Below, one piece after another: positions 10,794-22,534 of a DNA stretch of 60,580 nucleotides. The stretch's first letter is position 1. Each line of letters begins with the position of its first letter. The notes below the pieces were generated by a model. It saw only the letters and a list, made by a program, of their open reading frames with translations, searched no databases and was not told the origin of the DNA. A program made the position numbers and the translations under genes. The stretch is from Rhizaria sp. SCN 62-66 (Eukaryota): contig MEDY01000156.1 in assembly GCA_001724265.1 (NCBI GenBank), positions 1 through 60,580 on the forward strand, given 5' to 3'.

Positions 10794-13700
10794 TCAGGCA
10801 TTATCGCTGTCACTGTCGCCCATTGTTACGACGACCTCGGCCGCGACCGGCGAAGAGGCAATGCATGCAGTGGCCGTGGGGGCACCGGGCGTGACCATGG
10901 GCACGGGAGACAGCGACGGCATCATCGGGGGCCGACGGTGGTGTGCTTGGAGCTGCTGCTGATACATCGACACCTGCGACTGCACAGTTGCGAGCTGCGG
11001 GTGGGGGCCACTGACCGTGTTGCTAAGCGAGTGCGGGAGCGGCAGCGGCACGACCACAGCTTCCTTCGCCTTGGCACTCATTTCAGCAAGAAACGCGGCC
11101 TTGGCATGCGCAGTGGGCTGGAAAGCAGACCCATCAACGCGGCCAGTCATGTTGACACCGCCCTGCTTAACGGGAGAATGAACGACGCCGCCGTTTGCAG
11201 CGGCTGCGGCCGCAGCGGCGTCGGCGGCGGCGGCGGCCGTAGCGGCAGCAGCGGCGGCGATGAGTGGCGCCGGGACCACACACGGCGTCGTGGTGCGTGT
11301 CAGGGCCTCGCTAGCAGATGTAAGGGCCGCGATGGGAGAGCCGGAGCGGGAGACGGAGGGTGACGAGGCCGAGAAAGTCAATACCGTAGCAGGAAACTTC
11401 CTGTTGACACTGTTGATGTTCCCGGCGGCGGGGTTAGCGCTGAGACTCATGCCCATGACGCCGGCACCGAGGTTGGTGACGGGACTCGCAGCGGCGAACG
11501 CGACACCAGCAGTTGCATTACTGTTACTGTTGTTTGCAAGAGTGTTGTTGTTGATGTTGTTGCCGTTGATGCTGCTGTTTGCGATGCGGGGACTAGGATC
11601 CGCGCTGTTGCTGCTGCCAACAGAGTTGCTGAGAGGCGGCTTGCCAGTGTTGATGTAGTGACCGTGGCCGCCCAGCGCCGCCGTTGGCGGGAGAGGCGCG
11701 CCGCTCGTGCGCCAGTGGCCGTTAAACGCGCTTGCATGACTCGTATTCGGCACACTTGCAGCAGCGTTCGCGCTGAAGCTTGTGCTAACGTTACTATGCG
11801 TCACGATCGATGCCATGATAAGCGCGCGCGCAGTCAGCGGCGACCCCTGACGCGGCTGCGACGCCGCGTCGATGATCGGCACCGGCGTGCGCGGTGTGAC
11901 GTTGAGCAGACGGCCTCTCGCGTGCGCCGCGGACGCGCTGAGGTTCGAGGCTTGCGACAGCGACGGGGACGCGGAGTGGCCGCGAGCAGCATTCGCCGCA
12001 GCGGCAGCAGCAGTGACGGCGGAGTGGCCGTGGGCCTGTGGGACCGGCCTGACGCAAGTAGTTGCGGGATTGCAGTTGCTGTTGCTGTTGCTCTTGCTGT
12101 TGATGTTGTGGGCGGCAGTGACCGTGGGGTGCGCGGGCGAGCTGTAGGGTGTCGGCATGGCAGACGCCGCGGCGGAAGCGGCAGCAGAGGCAGCAGCGGA
12201 GGCAAAGGCTCGCGGCTGTGGGCGCGGGAGCATCGGCGCAGCCGCGAGGTTGCTGAAGCCACTGCCGCTGTTGTCCGCGTCGTTGCTCGCTCTCGCGGTG
12301 AAAAACGACGGAATGAGCAGGCAGACGTCGTCGCTGTTGTTGGTGCAGCTGACGCCCTTAGACTTGCCGCTGTGCCCGTGGGTACCCTTAGACTTGCTGT
12401 GGCCGCGGCGAGCGCGAGCGTGCTCGTTGTCGCTGTCAGCATCGTCACTACTGTCGCTGTGGCTGTTGCTGTTGTCGCTGCCAGTGCAATCGGAGTCGCT
12501 TGTGTGGTCACTGCCGTCCATGCTGCTACTTAGGCTGTCGCGGTGAGAGTGCACACGGGAGCGGAGAGCCCTGCGCTTGGAGCTGTAGGGGGCCGCACCA
12601 CCGGTGTACGTCCTGCCGATGTAAGTGCCCGCGTTGTAAGGGGCTGGGGCGGCGGGGCGAGGGCGCATAACGACTGCGTCGACGTCGGCGTCAGAGTCGG
12701 TGCCCGCAGAGGCGTCAATAGCGCGGGCATGAGCAGCAGGAGTAACGGTGACTGCGTTCACGTTGACAGAAGTACTGTCACTGGTATCAATCTTCGTGTG
12801 ACTGAGGCTTTTGGCGCTGGGGTGGCTGTTGCCGTCCAAGGCCGAGGAGGACTCAAACACTGCCATTGCGTTTCTAACGGACGCGGCGAGCGCAGCCGCA
12901 GTCGACGGAGTGACTGTGGGCGTGTGAAACACAACGCTGCCGCTGCCGGCGCCGTAGCCCTGCTGACTGTGGCTGTGGTGGTCACGGTGGCCGTGGGAAT
13001 GAGTGCGGACGTGGCTGTTAGACAGAGCGCGCTTGTGCCTCGTTGTTGTCGCCGTCGCCGCCGCCGGGTTTATGAGCGAGGTTTGCGGCAGCGCGTGTGA
13101 CGGAGGAGGGTACACGCAGTCAGTCGAGGGGTACGTTGTGAGCTCGTCAGAATCAAGGCTCTGGAGACCGCTTACATTCGCAGTCGTGGCATTGATACCG
13201 TGCACAGTCACACACATACCATTGGCATCAATGCTGTTGTTCTTACCGAGCGGTACACTTACATCTTCGATCGCACCGGAGCCGTGTAAGGGGGGAAACG
13301 CAGCGTACGAGTGTCTGGCAATGGTGCTTTGGGGGACGGGCCCAGCGGCAGTGCGCGCAGCGGGAAACGAGGCGCTGGGGACGGCAAAAGTCTGGAGTGC
13401 GTGCGCGGTTGCCGGTGCTGGGGCTGCTGTCGCTGTTCTTGCGGGGTTCACAGCGGTCGGAGGCGGCGAGACTGAGAGCCACGAGCGCGGACTTGAGACA
13501 CGCAGTGCACCGAAACGCGGACTGGGGCGGGAGCGCTGAGCCTGCAAAGTGTTCACAGTCGGCGACAACAGCGACAGCGGGGTTCTGGTTGATTAGGCAG
13601 GTTTTGTACGCGTTACAACACTCGCTGGCAGCAGGTGTGCCGCTGCTGACAGAGCAGTTGCGGGGATTATAAGTGTTGTTACGGTGGGCACAACTGTGTC

Positions 13701-13929
13701 CAACGGAACAATAAGAAGCAGCAAAAGGGTCAGCAACCACAGAGAGTGCGGGCGCTGCTGTCGAGGCTGCTGCAGTTAGAACGGAGGTTGGTGAGTGCGG
13801 CTGCAAGGCTGGGGCTGAGACTGCTGCTCCTGCTCCTGCGGCTGTGGGAGTACCAAGAGCGGTCACAAACGAGGACAAGCCAGGATCAGAGTTATTTTGC
13901 AATTGCAAAGGAGAAATCAAGGTAAACAT
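10794..13929 (-). CDS. Hypothetical Ala/Ser/Asn/His-rich low-complexity protein; 5' structure uncertain
   Basis: 924-codon open frame (13568-10794, stop TGA) with the composition of other genes here but no ATG at its 5' end; the likely start ATG 13929 lies in an overlapping frame. No domain recognised. Confidence 0.6.
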
Positions 13930-14695
13930 CGGGTTTTGCGTTGTTTTGATTGATATGGGAGTGGTTAGCGACGGAAAGCGGCCGAGATACGACGCGAGGA
14001 ACAGCACCGAAGATTAGGGACCGTGAGCGCGAGTGCGCAAAATCGCGAAATGCGGGGAGAGTCAGGCGCAGGAGCACGCCAGAGTCGAGGGGGGAACAAG
14101 AAGGGAAGGGAATACGGGGACGGGTTAGGGAGCGAAAACAAGAGAGGAACGAGCGCCAGATGCCGAGCTTAGGAAAGTGCTGGGGTCTGGATGAGGGTGG
14201 CAACACCGGGGAACTGGGACACCAAAGGAACGATTTATATGCGATCACCCTCAGTGAAAGCAAGTTTTGTTTTAATAAACAAGTTTAGCAGTGACACTTA
14301 TACCAAGAACACGTGTTTAAAACGTGTTTGTAATTGAGGACGCACGTCAAATGGCAGGGACAAATGCATCACTCGGCTCATTCTTTGAGACTGCGTGCGC
14401 AGTCCCAGCGCAGCAACCACAAATCAGATTCGGGAACAAACAGGTTGCATTTTGCCCCTGACCGTGAGCACCTGAGCGATTAAAAATACAATATCGGCAT
14501 AAATCACGCAACTTTCTGCGTGAGTGTATCTTTATTTTTGCTAAATACCAATAAATCAGTGCTAAATCCCCATCAGAACGCGAGATGAATCCGAATCAAC
14601 CACAACTCGCACCCATGGCTCCCTCTCGCGCCTTGCTCACTGCCCGCACACAGTCAAAACACAGTGTTTCCTGTTTCCGCGCCAAGCTGCGTCGC

Positions 14696-15986
14696 TTAGT
14701 TGATCTTCTTCGACGTGAAGAAGCTGCGGAGCTTGTAGACCTGATACGCCGTGGAGAGCACGACGACGAGCATCTGGAACATGGACCAGTACACGACCAT
14801 TGCGTTGACGCTCTCACTTTCGTCACGGAAGCTGGCCTCGAGGCGCTGCTGGTACTCCTGCTCGGCCTTGCGCGCGTTGACGCGGTCGGTGAGCTTGCGC
14901 ATCTCGACGACGATGGCGGACAGGTGCTCCTGCTTCGCCATCTCGGCGTAGTTCACGGCCTGGGACAACGCACGCACGCAAAACAAGGCAAACGCATCGA
15001 TGAGGAGAGTTGTGAGCATGGATGTCGTGAAAAAGAATAGAAAACATGACACCGAATAGATAGTTGCATGGCGGACTATATATTGTCATATGTGATGGTT
15101 AGACAGAGATGTGTGGTTTGATGTCGCGTTTAAAGAAGAAGTGTAAGTGCGTACCTGGTCAGCGGCAGCGAAAGTGAGGCCAAACTTGAACGTGCGGCCT
15201 CGGGGAGTGAGGTTCTGAGTCGCCACGCACACCTCGTACTCACCCTCGCGGGAAGAAGTCTGTACACGGGGAAATAGCGCAGTTGTGAGTGATACAGAAG
15301 AAAGAGGAACACACAGGAAACCGGAGGAGGAAGGAAACCGGAGGAGGAAGCAAGGCAAAGTGCGTGAGAAAGATACACGAGCGGATGGTATTAACATCAA
15401 ACGTATATTCAAAACAAATTGCAGACATTATATGACAGAATGTCTCATCAGACAAAGATACTATGCGACTGCTGGCTCGTAGTGAGTAAATGTACGTACC
15501 CAAGCGATGCGTCCCTTCGCGTTGGCCTCATGGCGCGAGACGAGCTGCTTCTCGGGGTCCGTCACCGTGATCTCGACGTACGCAGGGCGGCCGTCCAGAC
15601 CGGGGCCCAGGTGGTCGATGTCAATGTTGGCGTACTTGACCAGGATCGCGGTGTCCTCGGGAACTAAAGTTGATGAGAGAACAGAGACGGAGTAGAAGGG
15701 GAGTCGTTGAGTGGATGTGTGAGCGGGGGAGCGTGGTGGAATAAAGGTGGTGGTTTAAGAAGAGCGACGTGGGCAGGGAAAGACACCATTGCAACATATT
15801 ATGTAGCAACTCAATTTCAATCCCAATACTATTGTTTCAGCCCAGCTGGTATTGACGGTAAAGTAAGAGCGTACCTTCTTGAAGGAAGCACGACTTAGAC
15901 GTGTCGGCGAGGTAGAAGTAGACGGCCTGAGAAGTCAGCGTGGTGGCAAGCAGCAGCGTCGCCAGCAGCACAAGAGTCCTCCTCAT
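14696..15986 (-). CDS. p24/emp24/gp25L (TMED, GOLD domain) cargo receptor; exons 15986-15875, 15663-15500, 15259-15155, 14959-14696
   Basis: Signal peptide MRRTLVLLATLLLATTLTSQA, VYFYL..SCFLQE, EGEYEVC, coiled coil EQEYQQRLEASFRDESESVNAMVVYWS, TM helix, tail LRSFFTSKKIN; three gtacg..ag introns in frame; stop TAA. Confidence 0.93.
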
Positions 15987-16487
15987 GTGTGTCTATTGTT
16001 GCGGATCAAAACGATTGGGTAAGGCAAGCAATGTTAGGTGTGAGACAGAGGTGAATCATCATGTGACCGAGTTGCTGACATGACTGGTCGGTAGTCGGGC
16101 TGAAAGTCAATGCAGAGCCGCACATTCATCGTCAGTCCAACATCTGAAAAGCAAAATAGTCTCTCTACACTATATACAATAAATATCGTTATTAGCATTC
16201 CCAAAAAATGACGGGATTCATACGGATTTCATCTTCAATATGTGCATCAGCTCGAGACTTTGCTCGGTCGCTGGCCAGATTCAGATTCGCCGTTGCCCAC
16301 AGTCAGTCAGCAACCCGTAGCACACAGTTTCAGGACATATGAGGATGACACAAGATAATCTGGGATCAACAAATCACTGGAAATGTATATCAAATCAACA
16401 CCATCTACAGATCATAACAACAATATTACATCAAAAGTCGAACACCTATATCTTTGCTTAGCGAATAATACGATTTCACGCGTCCCT

Positions 16488-19008
16488 TCATGCGATGAGC
16501 TTGACCTTGGCCTCGAGCTCGCCCCAAGCCTGCGCCTTGGCGCGCGCCGCGGCCGCCATCGCCGCCGCAAACTCGCGCACGGCGCGCATGTTCTCCCCGC
16601 GGCGCGTCTGGCGCCAGCGCGCGATGTCGGCCATGAGCTCGCCGGTCATGGCCTCGACATAAGCGCGCTGCACCGCGGCGGCCTCGCGCACGCCGATCAG
16701 GTCGACCTGTAGCGCGCGCACCACGGGCTCCGTCACCGACGCAAAGCCCGCCCAGTCGGCGCCGGCGCCCGCGGGCGGGACCGACGCGCCGGGCTTGCCG
16801 CGCAGCTTCGCCTCCATGTCGCGACCCTCCTTGCACAGCGACTTGACTTTGTCCACAGCAGCCTGAGGGCGAGAGGAAGCAAGAGGCAAGATATAGTCAA
16901 GATGACGTGAGATAATTTTCATGAAGAAAAAAAATTAAATATAAAATACAGTTAAATACACATATATAAACGTGAAATATCATTATCAAGTAATATTCGA
17001 GATAAATAGTCAAGAAATTTGAGCAACGTACCTGGCGCCTGGCGAGCGCGGCCCCCATGGCGAGGACGAGTGCAGCGTGGTCAGACAGGTGCTCCTTGAG
17101 CCCGCGAGCGGCGAGCGCGGCGCCCGTGGGCGCGGCCTGCACCATGCTCATGGCGGCGGCGCCGCCCGCCGCGCCGCTGCCGGGGCTAGCGCTGCTGATG
17201 CCGACCTTTGACAGGAGCGCGGCGACTCGGCCGGCGCCGGGGTTGGTGCCGCTGGCCGACAGCCCGGCATCGGAGTCGGCGTCGACGGGCTGCGCGACAG
17301 CCGCCGCGGGGTCCTCGGAGACCGCGGCGCGCACGACCTTCTCCGTCGCCGTGGCGAGCATGTCGAACACCTTGGCGATGTCCGGGGAGCCGAAGAGCGC
17401 GTCATCAACGCCAGCGCCCGCCTGCATGTGCGAAGCGGGCAGCGGCGGCGGGGAGGGCGCGATGGCGGCCCCTGTGGCGTCGGTGGCCGCCGTGATGGCG
17501 TTAGTGATGAGGATCTCGCCGCCACGGCCCTCGCGAGACTGGATCGTCTCGTAGCGGGCGAAGGCGCGCGACACGACCGAGACGTCACCCAACGCACCCG
17601 TGGCCTGCTGCTCGCCCTTGACGAGGCAGTCGACGGCGTCCTTGGTGCGCCGGATCTCCTTCTCCACGTGCACAGCGTAGTCGGCCAGGCGCGCGCATAG
17701 TACGTCCCCGGGGGTGATGGCAGCGGGGTCCACCAGCGCGCCGCCCGCGCCGGCGCCAGAGCCGTTGCTGTGGCTGTTGCTGTAGTCATGCGGGGAGAGC
17801 GAGGTCGCGCCCGCACCGCCGCCGCCCGCGGCCGCGTTGTCGGTGCGGACGAAGACCTTAGCGCCGATGCTCGTGACGGCGCCCTGGACGCCCTCGAACA
17901 TGCCCGAGAGCAGGTTGAGCGCCGCGGTGGCGGCCGCAGATGACGCGTGCACGGCCGAGGCGACATGCGAGGGCGTGGCCGTGCCCGAGGTCGAGGCCGC
18001 CGTGACGCCCGCGGCGGCGGCGGCGGCCGCGGTGGGCGATGCCGCGCCGGGTGTGGGCTGCAGGAATGGGTTCGCCGGCTGCGTGAAGGTGTCGGCCGAG
18101 GCCGAGGCGTCGACCAGCCCGCCGCGCGCAAGCAGCAACCAGATGTGCGGCAGGTGCAGCAGCGCCGTCGCGGGATCGAACGTCGCCGAGGAAGACGGCA
18201 GCGTCGACGAGGCCGTGCCGCTGTTGAGGGCAGCCGCGGAGCCGCCGCCCTTAACCACGGTCGCGGTCTACGCAGAGAGCAAAGCAAAAGAGATAGCAAA
18301 AGAGATAGCGATTAGAGAGAATATTGGGCGAGTGTGAGTGATTATCAGAACATGATAAATGGTACACATGTGTGTGTACACATGAGTGTGTGAAGTTGAT
18401 ATTGGTTCTGATTAGAAAAGGCAACGTACGAGGATGGCGGAGGATACGGGTGTTTGCAGGGGGTTGTCAAGCCGGTCGTCGTTGGGTGTGTATGTGAGCG
18501 TCACGGCGGCGCGGCGGAAGCGGTCCAGCGCGAGCAGCGTCTGCGCGCACGTGAGGTCGGGCAGCTTCTGGTCCTGGGCCGCCTTGAGCGTCGCGTCGTC
18601 GGCGGCGTAGATGAAGACGTGAAAGGCCGGCGACAGAGACAGCAGCGGGTGGCGCGCCACGCGGGCGAGGAAAAAGTGCAGAAAGCGGCAGCGCTTCTCG
18701 ACGAAGACCTGGTCGGACTTGGAGGTGAGGACCTTGTAGGCCTCCTTGGGCGGCAGCGGGGGGATGATGCAGAACGGGAACGTCCTGGTCAGCGCCGTCT
18801 GCAACCACTCGAAGTCCGAGTAGCGGCGCTCCACGACAGTGAGCTCGGTGAGGTCGTCAGGAGAGCGCGCGGCCGGGTCCGCGCGGCGGGACGTGTTGAC
18901 CGAGACGTCGTAGACGACGTGGGAGCCCTTGAGGTGGGGGTTGGCGACGGTGGTGGAGTAGCAAAGCACGCCACCGGGCGCGGCGCCGGAGACGGGGGAG
19001 AAAGACAT
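16488..19008 (-). CDS. Sorting nexin, PX domain plus divergent BAR-like C-terminus; exons 19008-18430, 18267-17032, 16862-16488
   Basis: PX motifs HVVYDV, VERRYSDFEWL, IIPPLPPKE, FVEKRCRFLHFFLARVARHPLL; helical C-terminus (ELMADIARWRQTRRGENMRAVREFA...AWGEL); introns 18429-18268 and 17031-16863; stop TGA. Confidence 0.88.
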
Positions 19009-19840
19009 CGCCGCGGGTGCGCGCTCGGGGAGAGGTGCAGGGGTGCGGGAGAAAAGGGTGGGGTTGGGTGCTGGTGGAAGAGCAAGACGGGGGTTGAGTG
19101 GAGCGAGTCTGCGAGAGGGCGGGGCCGGGCGGAGAATCGAGAGATTGGGAAACAGACAGAAGGTTATGAGAAAGGAGTTTGCGGAGAACATCAAGTTCGT
19201 TAAGCAAAAAAACAAGGAATCCGCATGAAAAACACAAGGTCGTCTTTGTGAAGAGCGCAGTATCTGAATTGGCGGTGGCTGGGGACATGAAAAACGTGCT
19301 TCCAGGGAATTAGAACCGACGAGAGTGATGTCTTGTCGAAAGAGATCGCCAGAAACGTTCTGCGCGACACAAACACAACCTGGCATTACAGAAGTTAATG
19401 AATATACATATGCGCTCACAGGCAACTTGGAAACCCAGCAGCACTGAATCTGGGCGTTGGGATAGTACGTTTACAATCGCTCGAAATCTCGGTCAGCAGG
19501 AGGCATCCCATGCTCTGGTTGTGGTGGCCGCGCCTCAGCCCCGCTCGCGGCCGACTGGTCTGCGACTGTGGGCGCCTCCCGACTGTGAGCAGGGTGTGGT
19601 TGGCTAACTTTCACGTCTCTGTGTGACGTATCCTGATCGTCAAGCGCACTGTTTTTGAATTTCCGAGTATACGCGCATCTAATCTCTCACCTCTTCTTAT
19701 TAAATCTCCACCGCTATATGTATAGATCTTGCTTGCGACTTGGCGCCAACCCTTGTCTCCCCTCTGTTTCCCCTCTCCATCCCCTCCTCCCCAGCAGCCT
19801 CGCGCGCCTCGCCCGCGGGCCAGCCCTTGCCGACCTCACC

Positions 19841-22458
19841 ATGGCGTCCTACGTCATTAACGGCCCCGAGTCCGCCTCGTCCTCGATCGTGAGCCTCGCC
19901 TCCGTTGCCGCGTGGCAGGCGTCGTCGTCCTCGGCCGCAGCGGGGGCAGAGCACGCTGCCGACGCCAACGCGGGCGCCCTTGCGTCCGCTCGCAGCGCAA
20001 CAGAGTCGGCGACAGATTCCGCCCGTACCGCGCCGCGCCGGGGTGCGTTTCTTGACGACGACTACGACTACAACGACCACGAATACAATTATACCGACGA
20101 CCACAACGAGAGCGGATTCGGCACCTACAGCGGCCGCCGCAACGGCGGCGACAGTCACCGTCACGACGAGAGCGTCCGCTCCCGGGAGCAGGAGCAGCAG
20201 GGGCGTGACGCGCACTATGATGAAGGTAGCAGCTACGCCTACTCGCCCCGCGGCGGCGACGGCGACACAGGTTCGAGCCATGCTGCTATCGCCCCGACTG
20301 AAGTTGACATTGATAGCGCAGCTGCTGCTGATGTTACTGACGACATCAGTCGCGACGACCGTGCTGATTATGGCGATGACGACTACGCTGACGAGTTTGA
20401 CGAGTACGAGAAAAGCCCCGGCGGCGGCGGCCCAAGTGAGGACCGCGACAACGGTCCGAGTGACCGGCAATACTACACAGATGCACAGCACAACAACGAT
20501 CAGCATGATGGTGATGATGATGATATTCACGACGATGACCACGACGATGCCGGCCACTACATTGCGCAGCCTGAGAGCTCCGGCGCGCTTGCTGCGGACT
20601 TTGCTGAGTCGGAGCGCGAGATCGTCGTGACGCCTGCGTCTGAGGCAGAGGATGTCGTTGACGCTGAGGCTGCTAACACCGAGTCTGAGACTGGTGTTGA
20701 GGCTGAGCCTGAGGCTACGGCTGCTATCCGCAGTCACTCCCCAACTGCATCGACACAGAGTCAATCCCCTGCCCCTGCCCCTGCTCCTGCGTCTGCGCCG
20801 CCCGCTCCCGCTGCCGCCTCTGCCCTCGGTCGCCCGATCATGCCCACCGCCGCTTCCAAGCTTGCCGCCGCACCGGTCCTGCCGGCCGCTGCGCCAGCTC
20901 TGTCTGCCGCCGCACCGGTCCTGCCGGCCGCCCCGTCGGCGCGCACCGCCGCAGCGCCAGCGCGCGTGCCGCACGTGCGCGTGGCGACGGTGCCGCTGCG
21001 GTCCGTCGCGGCGCTGGCGGGCACCGTCTTCCGCTCTCTGCTGGCGCTCGAGGCCAAACACGCTGCCGCGGTTAGGGTGTTCGACGCGCACGCGCGCGAC
21101 GTCATGGCCGATGCCCTGCTCACCGCTCCCCGCGCTGGCGGCAACACCAGCAAGGCCACGCTGGGCGCTGCCAGTGCGGGGAGCGAGCTGGTCTCCGCAG
21201 CGAAGGCCAAGGTCAAGCGTGAGCGTAGGCACTTGCTGCGGAGCTTGGCCCAGCGCGCGACCGTGGTCGTGGCCAAGGCCAAGGCGCGCGCGACGGCGGC
21301 GATGGCCGAGGCCGCCGCCAAGGCCGAGGCGGCGGCGATGGTGATGAGCAATAACCACAGCCACAGTCGTCACAGCGCGGCGATGGACTCGAGTGTAGGT
21401 GCCCGCGAGGCCGATGTCAGCGTCGTCCCGGAGGGCGCGTGCCTCTGGTGCGGCTGGCTCGACTGCACAAGCTCTTCGTCGCCCGCTGCGCGTGCTACTA
21501 ATGAGTCACTCGGCCCTCGCAGCGACTGCGAGCGCGTGCCGCTGAGCGAGGTGGGGGAGCTTGTGGACGCGGCCGTCGCGACGATGGCGCAGGACCGCAC
21601 GCTCATCGCGTCTGAGGGCGGGGGTGGGGCTCAGAGCAACGGGACTGACGTCGAGGATGATGACGGCGGGTTTGAGGAGGAGCTGGCGGAGTATTTCGCT
21701 GCGACTGCCGCTCTTGCCCCGAACAATAACAAGATTCAACATGACAGCAATCCCAACAGCGACGTTGATGCTGCCGCCGTTGATGACACCGACGCCGGCA
21801 ACAACAATATTTATGACGCAACCACGACTGCAAATGCTATCTATTCTGACGACGATGCCAACGGTGACTACGACACTGACGGCGACACCGACGAAAGGAC
21901 TGGGTACAACGAGGCGGTCGCGACCGCTGCTGCGACAGCCGCCGCCGTTGCCACCGCTGCCGCCGCTGCCCAAGACCGTGAGCACGAGTATAACGAGGAG
22001 CAGCACAACTATGACGACTACGAGCAACATCAGCAACAACAGTATGAGGCACAACCGCAGCCGCAGCAGCCGCAAGAAATCGTGTCGATTCGCCCCGGCG
22101 AGCTTACTGCGCTCTACGACCGCTATGTTGCGATCGCGCTGGCCGCGACGCATAATAAAAATGCGCGCACCGCGAGCAGCAGCAGCGGTAGCACGAGTGC
22201 CGATGACAGCCGCAGCTCTGGCAGCACCGCGAGTCCTACACGCTCTCACCACAGCCGGAGTGACAGTCATGCACAGCTCAACAACACCAGCAGCAGTCGC
22301 GGCCGCGACCGGAGTACCCGCGACCCGCAACAACAACAGCATCACCGTCACAGCGACCGTGGGCAATATCATCAGCAGCAGCAGGAGGAGTATGAGCAGC
22401 AGCCACGTGACTCGTCTCGCTCTCGCTCCGGTTCCCGCTCTCGTTCCCGCTCCCGCTC

Positions 22459-22534
<76 letters not shown>

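Noticed and set aside
13588-13594. TAA within a coding-looking frame (TKPA*STRTP), suggesting UAA is also sense
   Set aside because: TAA ends 14 genes in the window, the same frame has further stops upstream, and an overlapping frame explains the region.
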